A DNA stretch of 63,796 bases, filler included. It is 15 parts of 15 records of this genome, joined end to end, with 100 filler letters (N's around TTAATTAATTAA, not from the genome) between each part and the next. Parts side by side here need not be neighbours in the genome. Positions count along the whole stretch, not along the records: positions 1 to 3,287 come from SRR15195285_7590; positions 3,388 to 8,960 come from SRR15195285_7592; positions 9,061 to 12,996 come from SRR15195285_7593; 12 more parts are not named here. The stretch is one strand, 5' to 3'. A model generated the notes under the pieces. The model was given only the letters and a program-made list of their open reading frames with translations, searched no databases and had not been told where the DNA came from. Position 1 is the stretch's first letter, and each line of letters opens with the position of its first letter. This document shows, piece after piece, positions 1 to 13,096 of this stretch. The position numbers and the translations under genes were made by a program.

Positions 1-738
1 GGTTGGTGCGTGCATGCGCAAAGCGTGCCTGAGTCACTCAAGATTGAGCCTCTGGCCAGCAGCAGGTGCTCGCAGCTGCATAAAGCACGTTGAGAGGGAG
101 GTGTTGATCAGCTTGGCACCACTCGACCCACGCCCCATCACTGTCACAACATGATACCTACATTCCTCTGGTGAGTCGAATGTCACCAGGGACAGGGCCT
201 GTGCCGGTGACAGAAGACCCCGCCTCAGACCATTATTTCATTCGGGCTCATCGCCAAGCGGGTGGATGCAAACTTTCAAAGTCAGCAAATAAAGGTTAAA
301 AGGTGTGGGTGTACATCTAATTTGGACATGGGGGCAGGCAGCTTGTGTTTGCATCAGCTATGTTGTTCCCGTGGCGACGTTAGTTGGAATGCGTCAATGC
401 GTCTTCATCATTGTCGCACTGTTGTTTCATCTGCATGACGACCAGACTCACGATGTCTCTCTAGCAGCCACATCACTAGAAAGGCCAGGACACACGAGCA
501 TTGTCCGTGCTACAATCTACGTTGAGGTCCCAGAAAATGAACAATTGAACCAAAACTTGAACTTGAGTCAAGCCTCCGACAGAGAGTGGGACAGATCTGT
601 TTCAAGGTCCACCGTTGCCACCTCTTCGCACACGCCCTCCCTGTTACGAGCATCAGGTTGTAGAGTTATCGGCGATCATTCGGCTATTGCATTGGCATGC
701 AGGAGCAGCAAGCGATGGAGTATGCCGGGAATTAGGAC

Positions 739-1603
739 TCACGGCTGCTTCCGGTTGGCGCTGCGAGCGTACCATCCTAGAATGAGCGGCAGAATGATGG
801 CGATGGGGCCGAAGGTCAACCACAACTTAGTGCATCCCAAGATCGTGCCAGATTGTCCACGATTCAACGCCACCAATACTAGTGGGAGGAAGCCGATGAC
901 AAGACCGCACGAACACGTACATAACACACACGTCACCGTGCCCCTTTGTAATTGTCGTTTTGCTTGAAGATCTTGCTCGAGGATCACGCTGCGAGGATCG
1001 CCGGTTAGCGACATAAGGTGATTGACCTGGACTTTCTCGCCTCTCTCAACCCGGCTGCTCTGCTTAACGTTCCTAAACTCCTTCGTAACCTTGAAATACT
1101 TCGCGCCAGTGCTGGATGGATTGGGCATTGGGACCGCATAAAGAACCCTCATGTGATAGAAGGCCGTCGCTGCGGACGGAGAAACAGAGCGGAAGGTCAT
1201 GCATCGCAGAGGGTCAGACGAATAGCTGAGGTGTTGAAAGGCGACAGGGGCTGAAGCTGGAGCATGAGCTGAAAGTCAGTGGGAGATGGAACGCACTGTT
1301 TACGCGATTTTTGGACTGCCTGAAGGACATGGTCGTCCAGCTGTGTACACAAATGCCTTCTACCTGCATCCCGTGCTGCTGGTGAGCTTTCAGCAGCCGG
1401 CTCGTACCTATCATCGAGATTACTGCCACGCCCGCTATTGCGATCCCGAGCACAAACGGCACGAGCAGCAACGGCACTGGCATCTCGAGCGCGTGGTTGC
1501 AGGTGCCTCTTCCCTCCCCCTCCTCCTGTGCCGCAGCATTCTGCACCGCTGTCCGCACGAGCAGCACACCAACGAGCGCGAGTCTCCACGATGGCGACCA
1601 CAT
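739..1603 (-). CDS. Membrane protein: signal peptide, TM, DUF3592-like beta domain, two C-terminal TMs; one intron (1170-1296)
   Basis: ATG at 1603 (MWSPSWRLALVGVLL). A GTGCGT...CAG intron joins ORFs 1214-1660 and 739-1200 in frame. Pattern HGMQVEG...Y...GEKVQV...DPRSV lies between hydrophobic helices. Confidence 0.5.
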
Positions 1604-2692
1604 CTTGACAAGCTGACTTGTCACGTGCTCTACATCTGCCGTACTAGTATCTTCCACCACACAAGACTACATCGATGCGATCGGTCCGCTCCTTGGACGC
1701 CGCTCAGCCTGCGATGCAGGCCATTTGTCCGTCCGCCCCTGGCATCCGCGCCGCTCACGTCACGAGCATGCGTGCCGCCGCCCGGGCTGTGCGACCCGGG
1801 TCCCAACGGCGGCGCCAGTGGCGTTTCTCGCGTACTGGTATTACAATTTCATTGCAAAACCAATTGCATTTGTCAATGTCCTTGTAATTTCTGCATAACC
1901 ATAGGGTAGCACTACTGTATAACCGGTCGGATCCTAGCTAGCTAGGAGCCTGAACACACATGATCAAGATCACGTAGATTTACGTCCCCCGGGGTATCTG
2001 TTTTCCAACTTTTCTGCAGTCTGTATTGGAAAATAGTGCCATTCTGTTGCATGGCGTCCGGTCGCTGCAGTCACTTTCAATTCCGAAGGTGTACAGTACA
2101 GTGTGTGTATCGGCGGGAGCATGCATGCGGTTTACCGCACCGGCGCACCGCGCACTACCTGTCGAACCTGGGCACTGCGATGCGTGAGACGCCGGCAGGG
2201 ACCGTGACGCCGCAGAGACTACAGGATACGGATCAACGCATCAACGCACAACGGGCTCGGGGCTGGCGTTAGCTGCCGCTGACACAGTGCGTCCTGGTCC
2301 TGGTCCTCGCCCGAGTCCCTCAGCCATGCTTCTGCTGCCGGACTCACGCGAGCTCTGCCTCGTCGCTCAGCCCACCCGCCGCCGGTAGCGCTGCTGCTGC
2401 ACGCCAGCACTCAGCGTACCACCCGCTCTGGCCGCCTTGGTCAATGCACTGACCATTAGTGCTCCTCCTTACGCCGAATGGTGGGGGGCAGTGGGTGGGA
2501 TTTTCAATTTTTCTCCGCCACCTAGTTCCCAGGCAATTCTCAGGGCAGCTGGAAGTACAGTTTTGGGAAGAATGTAGAGCTGACTGGGAGCTGCTTGGCG
2601 TGGCCCTGTTCCTGGCGCCGCGCTGGCCGCGCTTCGTCACGCACGCCACAGTGCTCTTCTGCTGGCGCCCCTGCTTGCTTGCGTGGGCGGAC

Positions 2693-3287
2693 ATGGCGAT
2701 GGACGTGGCTGCGGGTACAGCCGCCGCAACGCGAGCTAAGCGGCGTAACGCGGTGGTGCGTGAGATTGATGAGAGCGTGGTGGTGGCACGGCTGCTGCGG
2801 GAGGAGATGAAGGCGCTGCTGGCCAGCGCAGCCACTGCCACAGTGCGTACCACCCCTCTTCCCCGTCTAGATTGCACCGGCACGCTGTATGTATGCAAGA
2901 GACTGTGGGGAATGTCACCTGCACTTTTGCTCAGAGAGGGAAATGCTGGCGTTCGTTTCACCCGCAGCCAACAGCGCCGTCACCCGGAGCCGACGCGAGG
3001 CACGCACCAAAGTTCTCCGCGGGTGCAGAAGACCCAGCCAGGAAGATGTGCGGTGGCGAATGCTGTATGACAGAGCATCAAACGGAAGCAGACGGGCGAC
3101 TGGACGCACGTATTCCAGCAGATCAGCTAGCCTTGCCCGCAGCAACTCGAGCAGACTGGCAGCTGCGCACCGATTTGAGTGCGCAGATGCAGCGATGCGC
3201 CGAGATCGAGACGCGCCTAGCGGTCTTGCGCGTGCAAGAATCTGCCGAGTCCGAGGTGAGGAAGCATGCGGCCGAGGCAGAACGGCT
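2693..3287 (+). CDS. Hypothetical coiled-coil protein, spliced, 3'-truncated
   Basis: ATG-initiated exon MAMDVAAG...ATAT ends at a GTGCGT donor. A downstream helical exon (RCAEIETRLAVLRVQE) runs into the spacer. Confidence 0.35.
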
Positions 3288-3387
3288 NNNNNNNNNNNNN
3301 NNNNNNNNNNNNNNNNNNNNNNNNNNNNNNNTTAATTAATTAANNNNNNNNNNNNNNNNNNNNNNNNNNNNNNNNNNNNNNNNNNNN
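3288..3387. other. Artificial contig-joining spacer (first of 14)
   Basis: N44-TTAATTAATTAA-N44, with stops in all six frames. Identical spacers at 8961-9060, 12997-13096, 17136-17235, 20535-20634, 24190-24289, 28018-28117, 32029-32128, 37778-37877, 42835-42934, 47727-47826, 51443-51542, 54891-54990 and 59892-59991. Genes are truncated at these points. Confidence 0.99.
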
Positions 3388-3734
3388 GATTACGGGTCTG
3401 TCTGCCACCCCTACCGCTGGTCAGGAGATTGGCGTGAGCGAGCTCGTGCGCCGTGTGTACACAGAGTACACCGACCCTACCTGCGGTACCGGTATTTAGA
3501 TCTACCCTCAACCCTGAGGTCAGGAAGACCAGCGCAGGAAGAGGTGCACCCTCGACCCTCACCCTGCACCGCACCGCCACCGGCCGGTGTGCAGCGCCAT
3601 CATCCTATCAATACGGATACTAGTACATTTATCACTTGTAGTGCGTACAGCTGTAGAATTCACGTGAACGACCACCATCCACAAACGGCTGCCGTCTTGG
3701 GCTGTCTGACCGCGGGCCACTGTTCATAGCAGAG

Positions 3735-5831
3735 ATGCTGGCGACGAGGTCGGGGATCGTCGCGCGCGCTAAGGCGCTGCCGGCCTGTGGGCGGGTGCCT
3801 GCGGGGCGGCAGCATGTGCGGAGCGTGGTGAGGAGCGCGTCGGAGTACGACCCGGAAGGGTACTCGGCTGCGGCGTGGGCGGGGCCGAGCGGGCTGTCGG
3901 GACCGGTGCCGAAGCCGTACCTGGTCCCGAAGAAGGGTATGGATCTGCTCCACGAGCCGCTGTTTAACAAGGGGGTTCGGTTCCCCATGCGCGAGCGCGA
4001 TCGGCTCTCGTTGCGAGGACTCCTCCCTGCCAAGGTGCTCACCACGCGCATCCAGGTGGACAGGTTCCTGAAGGAGTTCCGCAGCACCGACAACATGATG
4101 GCCAAGTACAACCTGCTGTCTTCGCTGCAGGACCGCAACGAGACGTTGTTCTTTAAGGTTTTAGCCGAAAACATCACGGAGTGCGCGCCAGTGGTCTACA
4201 CGCCGACGGTCGGCGAGGCGTGCCAGAAGTTTTCTGCTCAGTTCCGTCGGCCGCGCGGCATGTTCTTCTCCGCGGAAGACCGCGGCGAGATGGCGTCCAT
4301 GCTGTGCGTACCCACAAAACTATGCGCACTCATTGCGTACACATTCTTGACGTCTGCTCGGCCCTGTGGCCAGGTACAACTGGCCGGCGGACGAGGTCGA
4401 CGTGGTGGTCGTCACCGACGGCTCACGCATTCTCGGTCTGGGCGACCTAGGCGTGCAAGGAATGGGTATCTCTATCGGGAAACTGAACCTCTATGTTGCC
4501 TGTGGCGGTATTTCGCCAGCGCGTGTCTTGCCAGTCTGTCTCGACGTCGGCACCGACAACATGGAGCTCCGTAACGATCCAGCGTACTTAGGCCTCGACC
4601 AACCGCGTGTCAATGGGGACGAGTACTACGCAATTGTGCGACGCATGGATTCCGTGTCCTGCTTGTTCTCTATGTACGCCTGCACGTTTTGAGGAGCATG
4701 AGTCTTTTGTGTTTCTGGGCTCAGGTTGACGAGTTCATGGACGCGGTGTCACACCGCTACCCGAACGCCCTGATCCAGTTCGAGGATTTTCAGACGCCGC
4801 ACGCGCTGCCTCTGCTGAACAAATACCGCGACAACTACCGCATGTTCAACGACGATATTCAGGGAACTGGCACTGTTGCCCTTGCGGCGATGATGGGGTC
4901 GATGCGTGCATCTGGTAGGCCGTTCTCCGCACTCGCAGAGCAGACGTTTGTGGTGGCGGGTGCTGGCTCTGCTGGCGTTGGCATTGTCGATACACTGGTG
5001 ACTGCCATGGTCAGCCTGTATGGCTTGAGCCTAGAAGATGCACGCAAGAATTTTTGGCTTGTGGACCACATGGGTCTGCTTGGCAAAGGCCGCACTGACC
5101 TCACAGAAGACCAGTTGCGTTACCGACGCGACGATGCGGAGGGTGGAATGCCGCTGGCTGATGTGCTCCCAGCAGCTGGAGCGACTGTGTTGCTTGGCGT
5201 TTCTGGAGCTGGCCCGATCTTCTCCGATCCGATCCTGCAATGGATGGCCAATAATAATGAGATCCCATTGATCTTTCCAATGTCAAATCCCACCAGCAAG
5301 GCGGAGGCTACTGCTGATGACGTGTTCCGCATCACTGAGGGCCGCGCCATCTTCGGCTCGGGCTCCCCTTTCGCAAACCCGACCGTTAACGGCAAGGACT
5401 GCATCGCAAACCAGGCCAACAACATGTACATATTTCCGGGCCTTGGGCTCGGCACAGTAATCTCTGGCGCGCGTATCATCTCGGACGGCATGCTCATGGC
5501 AGCAGCTGAGGCAGTGGCCTCCTACTGCAGCGACGAGGACAGCGCGCGCGGACTGATCTTCCCAGATCTGGGAGAGATCCGTGAGGTCTCCCGCAAGGTG
5601 GCTGTCGCGACCGTGCAGCAGGCATTGAAAGAGGGCCTTGTTGCTGAGGCACTGCGCGACTCTTTGAGCGACCTGAGCGAAGAGGAGCTCTCTGAGGGCA
5701 TCAATGAGCGCATGTGGAAGCCACGCTATCACCCGGTCATCTATCGTGACGCAGTCGACGTGGGCATTCGCAGTGACGATATATTCGATCCGCACACGCG
5801 CTGGGGAAATGATCATTTCTACTACAACTGA
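3735..5831 (+). CDS. NAD-ME: Mitochondrial NAD-dependent malic enzyme (plant NAD-ME type); introns 4304-4373 and 4636-4724
   Basis: Motifs [62 protein letters not shown] and NNMYIFPG. Arg/Ala-rich presequence. Both GT-AG introns restore the frame (ML|YNWP; YAI|VDEF). Confidence 0.95.
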
Positions 5832-5964
5832 GCCGCACCGGTCTGAGGAAAGAGCTCTACGATCGGTGTGCCGTGGGCCACCGTTCCACATCCGTGTGCA
5901 GTTGCCCATGGTGAAACTACGTAAATTGTCAGATGAATTTAACACACTAACGTAGCATGCATGA

Positions 5965-8792
5965 TCACGGCGCCTCGCCACTGTTGGCCCCCGCCTGCTC
6001 CTCGGCGGTTGCAACACGCACTGTCGTCTCGAGCGCGTCGAAGTTTCCATCCTCGTCCTGCCCCCACTCCACCTCGAGAAGGTACGACTCCCACCCACCA
6101 GCACTGTTCTGCAGACGCACGACCTGCGTGTCGCTGCCGACCACCACGTTTACCTTCTGCGAACCACCCTTGAGAAGATCAGACTCCACGTCGACACTCT
6201 GCACTCTGCCGTTGCCTTCTGCAATCTCGGCCTCTTTCGCAATCCGAAGAAACACCGTCTCCAGCGATGTCAAGCTCAGTGTCAGATGATCTGCGCCCGA
6301 TACGTCCTTCAGCTGCGAGAATAGGTCTACGAGCTCCGCCTCCTTCGCACGCGGAACGACGTACCGGTGCGCAGCCACACTGCTTTTGCTCCCAGCCTCA
6401 GCCGGCACTCCTCCCTCCGTTAGCTGGTTGGCACTTTGGCTCACACCCTCGCCAGAGCCCGAACCCTTTTCCTCTTGTACGCCAAGGCGTTCGAACGCCG
6501 CCCTCACCGATGTGGCTGCATCCTCCGTCTTGGGTGCCACAGACACCGTGAACCCCGCCCCGAATCGCTGTTTCAGGCGGATCGAAGTGCCGATGCAGCG
6601 CATCACACCCTTTGCAATTATAGAGACACGGTCACCTAGAATCTCAGCCTCCTCCATCGAATGTGTCGTCAAGATCACCGCACGACCCGGATATCGTGTA
6701 GAATCTTTCGCTGCGTTGATGAGGTTCCACACCTCGCGGCGAGAGATCGGGTCCATACCTATCGTCGACCACAATGAGACTTCGTGAGACTCGGTGAGAC
6801 AGCATGAGACAGTCTGATCACAGTCAATTGACTGGAGTGAGACAGTGAGACATTGAGACGCGTACCTGTGGTCGGTTCGTCCAGGTAGATGATCTTCGGC
6901 TCACCCATCAGCGCCATCGCGACAGACAGACGCCGTTTTTCACCACCACTGAACGTGGCCACCCGCGACCCGATGCGGCCTGTCAGCTTTGCCCGAGTTG
7001 CTTCGTCGCCGCACAACCACGGCTCCTTTGCGCCCAGTCCCACCTGCTGAAGACGAAGCTTAATTTCCTCGTCTAGCTTGTCCGACGCGATCCCCTTCAA
7101 CGCACCGAAGAGCTGGAGGTGCTCGTATCCAGTCAGCTGTCCCCACTGAACATCAAACTGAGGGCAGACGCCGATGATCTTGCGGATTGCTCGCATGCCA
7201 GCGGGTGAGGACACAGCATGACCGAGCTCTAGTGCTTGCCCGGCAGTCGGCGGGAGGTTCCCGACAAGCATGTTGATAGTCGTGGTTTTGCCCGCGCCGT
7301 TCGGACCTAGCAGGCAGAATAGTTCATTTTTCTTGATTGCGAACCAGGGACCCTTAACGGCAGTGAACTCAGTCCCGCCTGGGAGATAGAGGCGGGATTT
7401 GAATGTCTTGACCAGCCCACGAACCTCCACCGCTGCCTGCTCATCCATCGGTCCGCCAGAGCGCTGCTTGACGCGTTCAGCCTCCAGCTGGACGTCCTCA
7501 TCGGTGGGCGGCCCGAAGGGGTCCTCTGTGCTCTCAACCATATTGGGATCCGCAGACATCCAGAAGGAAGGCGAGAAGCAGAACCACGGTGGAAGCACGA
7601 GGCCATCGTCCGGGATAACACGGTCGAGGTACAGCGCAGCTGTCGTGTACAGCACGAAGCACATCACGTACCACCAGTAGATCGTAGCAAGTGAGAAAAC
7701 ACAGCCGTCTTCCTCCACGCAGTAGCTGTCGCGGTCCGACCAGCTGAGACCAGCCCCATCGTTTGCGGTGTACCTCCCGAGATCGATTAAGCCTTTCGAA
7801 AAAAGCGTCGGCGGGAAGAAGGCGAACAGTACCTGCCAGTACCCCTCAAATTCTGTCGAGAACGGGAAGCCGAACTGCACCACAATCTGGAAGACGAACC
7901 CGAACAAGAAGATCACGAATCCAACCGACGTGGCGCTTGCAGATTTGCTGGTCAGCGTCGATATCAGGAACGCCAGAGCCATCATCGCCAGCTTGAACAG
8001 GAAAATCAGCATGAACGTCAGCGAGATGTCGTTGTTGAGGAAGAGGTCGAAGTGCAGGATGACACCGAATAGGCACATGAGGATGGACGAGAAGGTGATC
8101 ATCATCAGTTCAAAGACAATCCAGGTCAGCCACCAGGCTGGGCGAGAGAGGCCCATGCCCTCCATGGCCTGCCTCTGTTTCTGCTCGCGCTCCAGCACGA
8201 CCGCGCCAACCTGGATCACGAAGCCAAACATTGCGCCCGCGAAGAAGAATGGTGGCCCGACCGAGCTCACGATGGACTGCGTCCGAAAGGCGGGGTGTGC
8301 GAACTCCCGGAAGCCCACCTGCCACTCAAGGTTGGGCTCGCTGAGCTCGTGTCGCACGATCTCGCGCTCGGTGGCCACCTGCAGCGGCATGGAGACCAGC
8401 ATGTTGGGGTCGCCGAACTTGCCGCGCGAGTAGATCGTGCTCGAGTTGAACTGGATCTCGAAGTGGATCTGCGTGGGCGATTCGACGAAGAAGTGCACGG
8501 CCGCCTGCACGGTCTCCGGGTTTGCGAGCATATAATCATCCGCCGCGATTCCGTTCGGGAAGCCTTTCACGCCGTCCGCCGGGATCGCCGGCTTGTTCGA
8601 CTCCCTGATGCCCGCCACGATGGCCTCGACGTCCGCGTCGCCCGCCGGCGAGTACGCGAACGTGTAGCAGCGGTCGTGGATCACCTCGCAGAGCGGGATC
8701 GGCGTGACCTCCACGCGCTCCGGGTGCGGCAGGTTCCGGAAGCGCGTCTCCTCCTTCTGCTGCGTCTGCACCGCGACGTCCACGATGTAGAC
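5965..8792 (-). CDS. ABCA: ABCA half-transporter (plant ABCA2/ATH-like), 5'-truncated; intron 6759-6865
   Basis: Six TM helices, Walker A GPNGAGKTT, signature FSGGEKRRL, Walker B IIYLDEPTT|GMDP, TTHSMEEA and LETVFL. The C-terminal EVEWGQDEDG resembles the plant ABCA2 tail. Confidence 0.93.
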
Positions 8793-8889
8793 CTGCTCGA
8801 GCGCGACCAACATCGAGTCAGAACCAGCGCCCACGGCAGTCCAAAAAAGCCGCTCAGCGCGGCGGCTCAGAAAGAGAACACCTGCTGCT

Positions 8890-8960
<71 letters not shown>

Positions 8961-9060
8961 NNNNNNNNNNNNNNNNNNNNNNNNNNNNNNNNNNNNNNNN
9001 NNNNTTAATTAATTAANNNNNNNNNNNNNNNNNNNNNNNNNNNNNNNNNNNNNNNNNNNN

Positions 9061-12000
9061 AGCCTCATCAAAAGATAGAAACCACACCGTCTTCGTGACA
9101 CCCGGCAGCAACACAAAGGCGTTGTCCGAGAACCGACCTTGTTCCAGCGTACTGAGCCAGACATAGATGGCAGTGGCAGTACTGGTGACGGTGAGCTCAA
9201 TATTTCCGGTCTTTTCGTGTGGCAACGTCTCCTTGACAACAAAGGTAACATTCGCACGCGGCAGATGGAGCTTGCTGGGCAAGGCAAGCGGCAAGATATT
9301 GCGGCATAGCTGCTTGGGCGAATCGCCGGTGTCATCATCAGCTGCGGTCACCGTGACGTTCAGCAAACAGTCCGCAGGTCCATTTGCGCAGCCCGCTAGA
9401 TCATACAGTTTGTCGAAGTTCACACAGTCACCAGGCTTGCCCCTCGATAGCTTGGTGCTGTTTGCTGTAACGCAGAAGAATGAAACCGATCCATGTTCTC
9501 CTGTCGGTGGGATAGAAACTGGAACAGTGCTAAGTCGCACCGCCTGACCGCTCATGAAATGGATCGCCTCAACAGCAACTGTCCCGGTGAACGGCGTTGG
9601 AAGATCGTTGCGGATGTAACACAGCGCCGATCCGTTGGCGGTGGAGCCAGCGATACCACCAATTCCATACTCCCCGGCGCCAGTGCTTGTCATCTCCTTG
9701 CCACAAGATGCAACCACATCAGCAAACGCTGACTGCTGCAGGGCATGATGCATAACTTTCCATCGTCCGCCGAGCACCTGACCTTTGACTGGGGTGCCGT
9801 ACTCCAGCGAACCCCACCCTCCAGTCTGCGCCAACACACGCACCAATCTCAAGAAAACGCAGAATCACAACCAGAACCCATATGCGACACACAACACTTA
9901 CTGGCCAGATTTCATTCAGCTGCCACATCAGCATGCCCCAGATTCCAGTCGATCGCCATGACTCGATGTCTGACTTGCGCTCGAGCGAAGCTGCCAGCAT
10001 ACTAAGGTAAGTCTGGCTCTGCAGGGCCTCCACGCCAACCGCACTCATATCACGATGTGCTCCAAAGTAAGAAAGGATCAGAGAATTGCTCGCGTAGTTC
10101 CGCTCTCGAAACGGCTCGGTGTTGACACCATACTCCGTGGGTGTCAGCGTCGCGGCCATGCTCTCGTAGGAAGAGAGAGATGTGCAGCCAGTTTCGCTCT
10201 TGAAGTAGCCGGGCTGGCCTGCAGACACGAGGAAGCCAGGCTGCACGGCGACGAGTAGAGCAGGATCGGTGAAGAGACCGCCGCCACCGTTACTGTTGAT
10301 CGTACGCCACATCCCTCCGTTTCCATTGTTGTATGGACCGTGCTGCTCTGCGCCACCCTGCCACGGCACCGCTGAATCACCACCAGTCTTGTTGCACCAC
10401 AGAGCGTGATTGTCACAGTTCTGATCGTGCCAGTTCTGTGTCCAGCGCAGCGGCTGTCCATTGGGCAGACCTGTCAGCGTGTGAACACCACTTGTATACA
10501 AGCCGAAGGGGCAAGCACCACGGATCACCCGAGAGTTGTCCTCCTCAGCCACCGTTGACATCACCTCTGCTGGCGTCTGCTCACACTCATTGCAGCCGGT
10601 CCAGCCAACGATCTTCGCAGGATGGTGTCGCAGGAAGGCGATTGCAAGTTTCGTGGTCCGCATTCACGCAACCGTGGTGTTAGCGATTGGAGAGACAAAC
10701 ACATGCAGAAACTATCTCACGATAGTGATAGAATGAACTCGATATTTGATTCACCCACCGATGCATGATGGCTCTGACGCCGTATCTGATTTGTGAAGAC
10801 AGCGCAAACTTATATCTTCGGAACCAATTAAAGAAGACAATTACAGACGACTTTCTTCGCCAAGGTATTGCCCTGTAGCAATACCAATAGGGCTATGGAT
10901 GGTGATCACGTACCTGGTACCTCAGCTCGCGCTCTTGGTCAGCTTCTGTGATTGGGATCATCGCTCCATGACCACCCTGTGCATACATCATATCCATCAG
11001 AATCATGACGCCTTCCTCGTCGCACGCGTCGGAAAATTCAGCAAGTGGATAAAGGCCACCTCCCCATATCCTGAGTTGAGACAAGCATTTTCAGGGCATA
11101 CACACAGCCAGTGGATCATAGCTGCTGAGTCGTACGCTGGGCATTGCATTCCTGCATGGACAGGGGCTGTCCTCGATCACAAGAAACTTGCTGCCAGCGT
11201 AGCTCGCATCTATCTGAGTGGTGTCGCTATTGGCAATGGGATCGCCAACGAAACTGTGCAGGCTGGGTCATTACCTGAGCATGTTCATGTTGGCCTCAGC
11301 CGCCGACTTCACCAGCTGGCGGTGCATGCCTTCAACATAGCGCCCTTCCATGGACTCCATTGGAATCAAATTTCCGCCACGCATCACAGTCGGGACACCA
11401 TTGATGCGAAACATTACGGTCGATGCGTCACGGTAGCCGTTGCCATTGGAGTTGGCCGCAACCCAAGCTTCGTCCGTGTCGTTCCCAGTGGTCAAATACG
11501 CTGTACGAAACCCTATTCGTCGACTGGCTGTCACAGCAGTATCAGTTGCATGATAGCCCTGTAATGTGTTGGCAACAGCTGACGGCACGAACTGCGCACT
11601 GACGTTGTACAGCACTGGTCGACCCATGCCCATCCCACGGGGCCACCATAGCTTCACACGACGGGCTTCAATGATTACTGACACGGCCTTCGTGCCGTTG
11701 TCTGCCGCGGTGATCGCGACAGGGACAGCTACACTCTGAATGGACTGTGGACCGCCCCAATCTCCTGTCACCGTCAACGTCCCTGATGCATCGGCTTTCG
11801 CGGCAAGATGTGTGGTCACATTGACCTCGAACGTGTGGGTGCCGTCGTCCTTCAGCATTGATGTCGGAAACATACCTTTGTATAGGATTGTCGGCGAGAG
11901 ATGATCGATCGCGACAGTCCCTACAGCCGTGGCTGCGAGATACACGCTACCAACAATGCCTCGCGTCCACTCAAGGCGACCGCCGCGGTCTCGCATTCTC

Positions 12001-12899
12001 GAGTAGGGTGCCCAGTCCCACCCACCACTTGCGGCCATGAAACGCCCACCAGTATCGATCGATCGATCAAAGCGGACACTCAGCGTGTTCTGCCCACTTG
12101 TTAGAAACGGGCCAATGTCGAACATGTAGCGCAGAAATTGGTTGGTTGTGTTGCCGAGCGTGTGGCCGTTGATGCCGACCGTGGCGCCCATCTTCACCGA
12201 GCTCAGCACGAGACGCACGCTTGCAGCTGCATGTATGGCGGCAGTGACGGAGAAGTTCTTTGAGTACGTGTAACTGACTCCGTTCCACCACTGCACCTGT
12301 GAAGGATCCTTGTGGTTGCTGGATGACAGCGGATCGAGCACCTTGCCCGCTCTCTGCAAATCAGTCACCAGGTCCCCTGGCACTGTCGCCGGGATCGAAA
12401 CTCGAATGTTGCGCAGGGCAGTTGGTACACAAGCCGTGGTGCCGTTTGCTGCCCACGTGCCCTGCGCCACCTCAGCGACAGTGCGAAAACCACACCCCGT
12501 CCCCGCGGCACCCACAGGGTGGCCGTGCACGGGGGCGGTCCAAACTGCCGCGGCACAGTCCGACGTCGCAGCGCAGAGCTCGACGCAGTCGCTCTGCGTC
12601 CAGCTGGCGCCCATACCAAGCGACTCAACGCTGTACCAGCCGTGGGGGCCGACTGCAGGCGCTGAGTAATTGGCACCCTCCTTGCAGACGGCGCAGCCGG
12701 CATCGTCCCTGGAGGATGGCCCGCCCCCGGTGCAGTTGTGGCTGAAAGCACGGCCATGGCCCTCGACCCACCAATCATTGCCGTCCAGGCTCTTTATAGC
12801 GGAGGCGGCGACTGAAGGGCCGTCGCGCCAGCTTCCACGCCACTGCTTAGCGGTGGTGGCGCCGGCTGCAGTCAGCAGGAGCAGCAGACGGTGTGGCAT
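9061..12899 (-). CDS. Secreted GH2 beta-mannosidase-like glycosidase with N-terminal PAN/apple-like module, 3'-truncated; introns 11071-11274, 10786-10913, 10613-10758, 9826-9901
   Basis: Signal peptide MPHRLLLLLTAAG. Motifs ATVPGDLVTDL, GGWDWAP, LWWPRG, RRIGFR, RGGNLIP, NMNMLR|IWGGG, IRRQSHHAS|IVGWTGCNE, SETG and WQLNEIWP|TGGWGSLEY. All four introns restore the frame; includes a 27-nt micro-exon (10759-10785). Confidence 0.87.
11071..11274 (+). pseudogene. Fragment of a serine carboxypeptidase (S10) coding sequence filling intron 1 of the mannosidase, antisense
   Basis: Plus-strand translation IIAAESYAGHCIPAWTGAVL...IYLSGVAIGNGIANETVQ matches the S10 motifs GESYAGHYIP and INLKGIAIGNG. The similarity is confined to the intron. 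Confidence 0.8.
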
Positions 12900-13096
12900 C
12901 GTGTCGGCTGCTCAATACATTTCCGTGACGCGGTGGACTACCGTATAATCGCGCGCGCGGATACTGTACTGTGTGTTTCCCATGTTCTGAGACTTCNNNN
13001 NNNNNNNNNNNNNNNNNNNNNNNNNNNNNNNNNNNNNNNNTTAATTAATTAANNNNNNNNNNNNNNNNNNNNNNNNNNNNNNNNNNNNNNNNNNNN

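Noticed and set aside
3332-3343. TTAATTAATTAA recurring every 3-6 kb, like a regular repeat or array
   Set aside because: Always centred in exactly 88 Ns; an artificial six-frame-stop linker.
4304-4724. Frameshifts or stop-codon recoding in the malic enzyme and other split ORFs
   Set aside because: Each break examined is explained by an in-phase GT-AG intron under the standard genetic code.
10613-10663. LRHHPAK at the end of mannosidase intron 3 resembles the GH2 HHPSI motif and could be exonic
   Set aside because: No AG acceptor lies just upstream, and the micro-exon IRRQSHHAS already supplies the motif in phase. Unresolved without RNA data.
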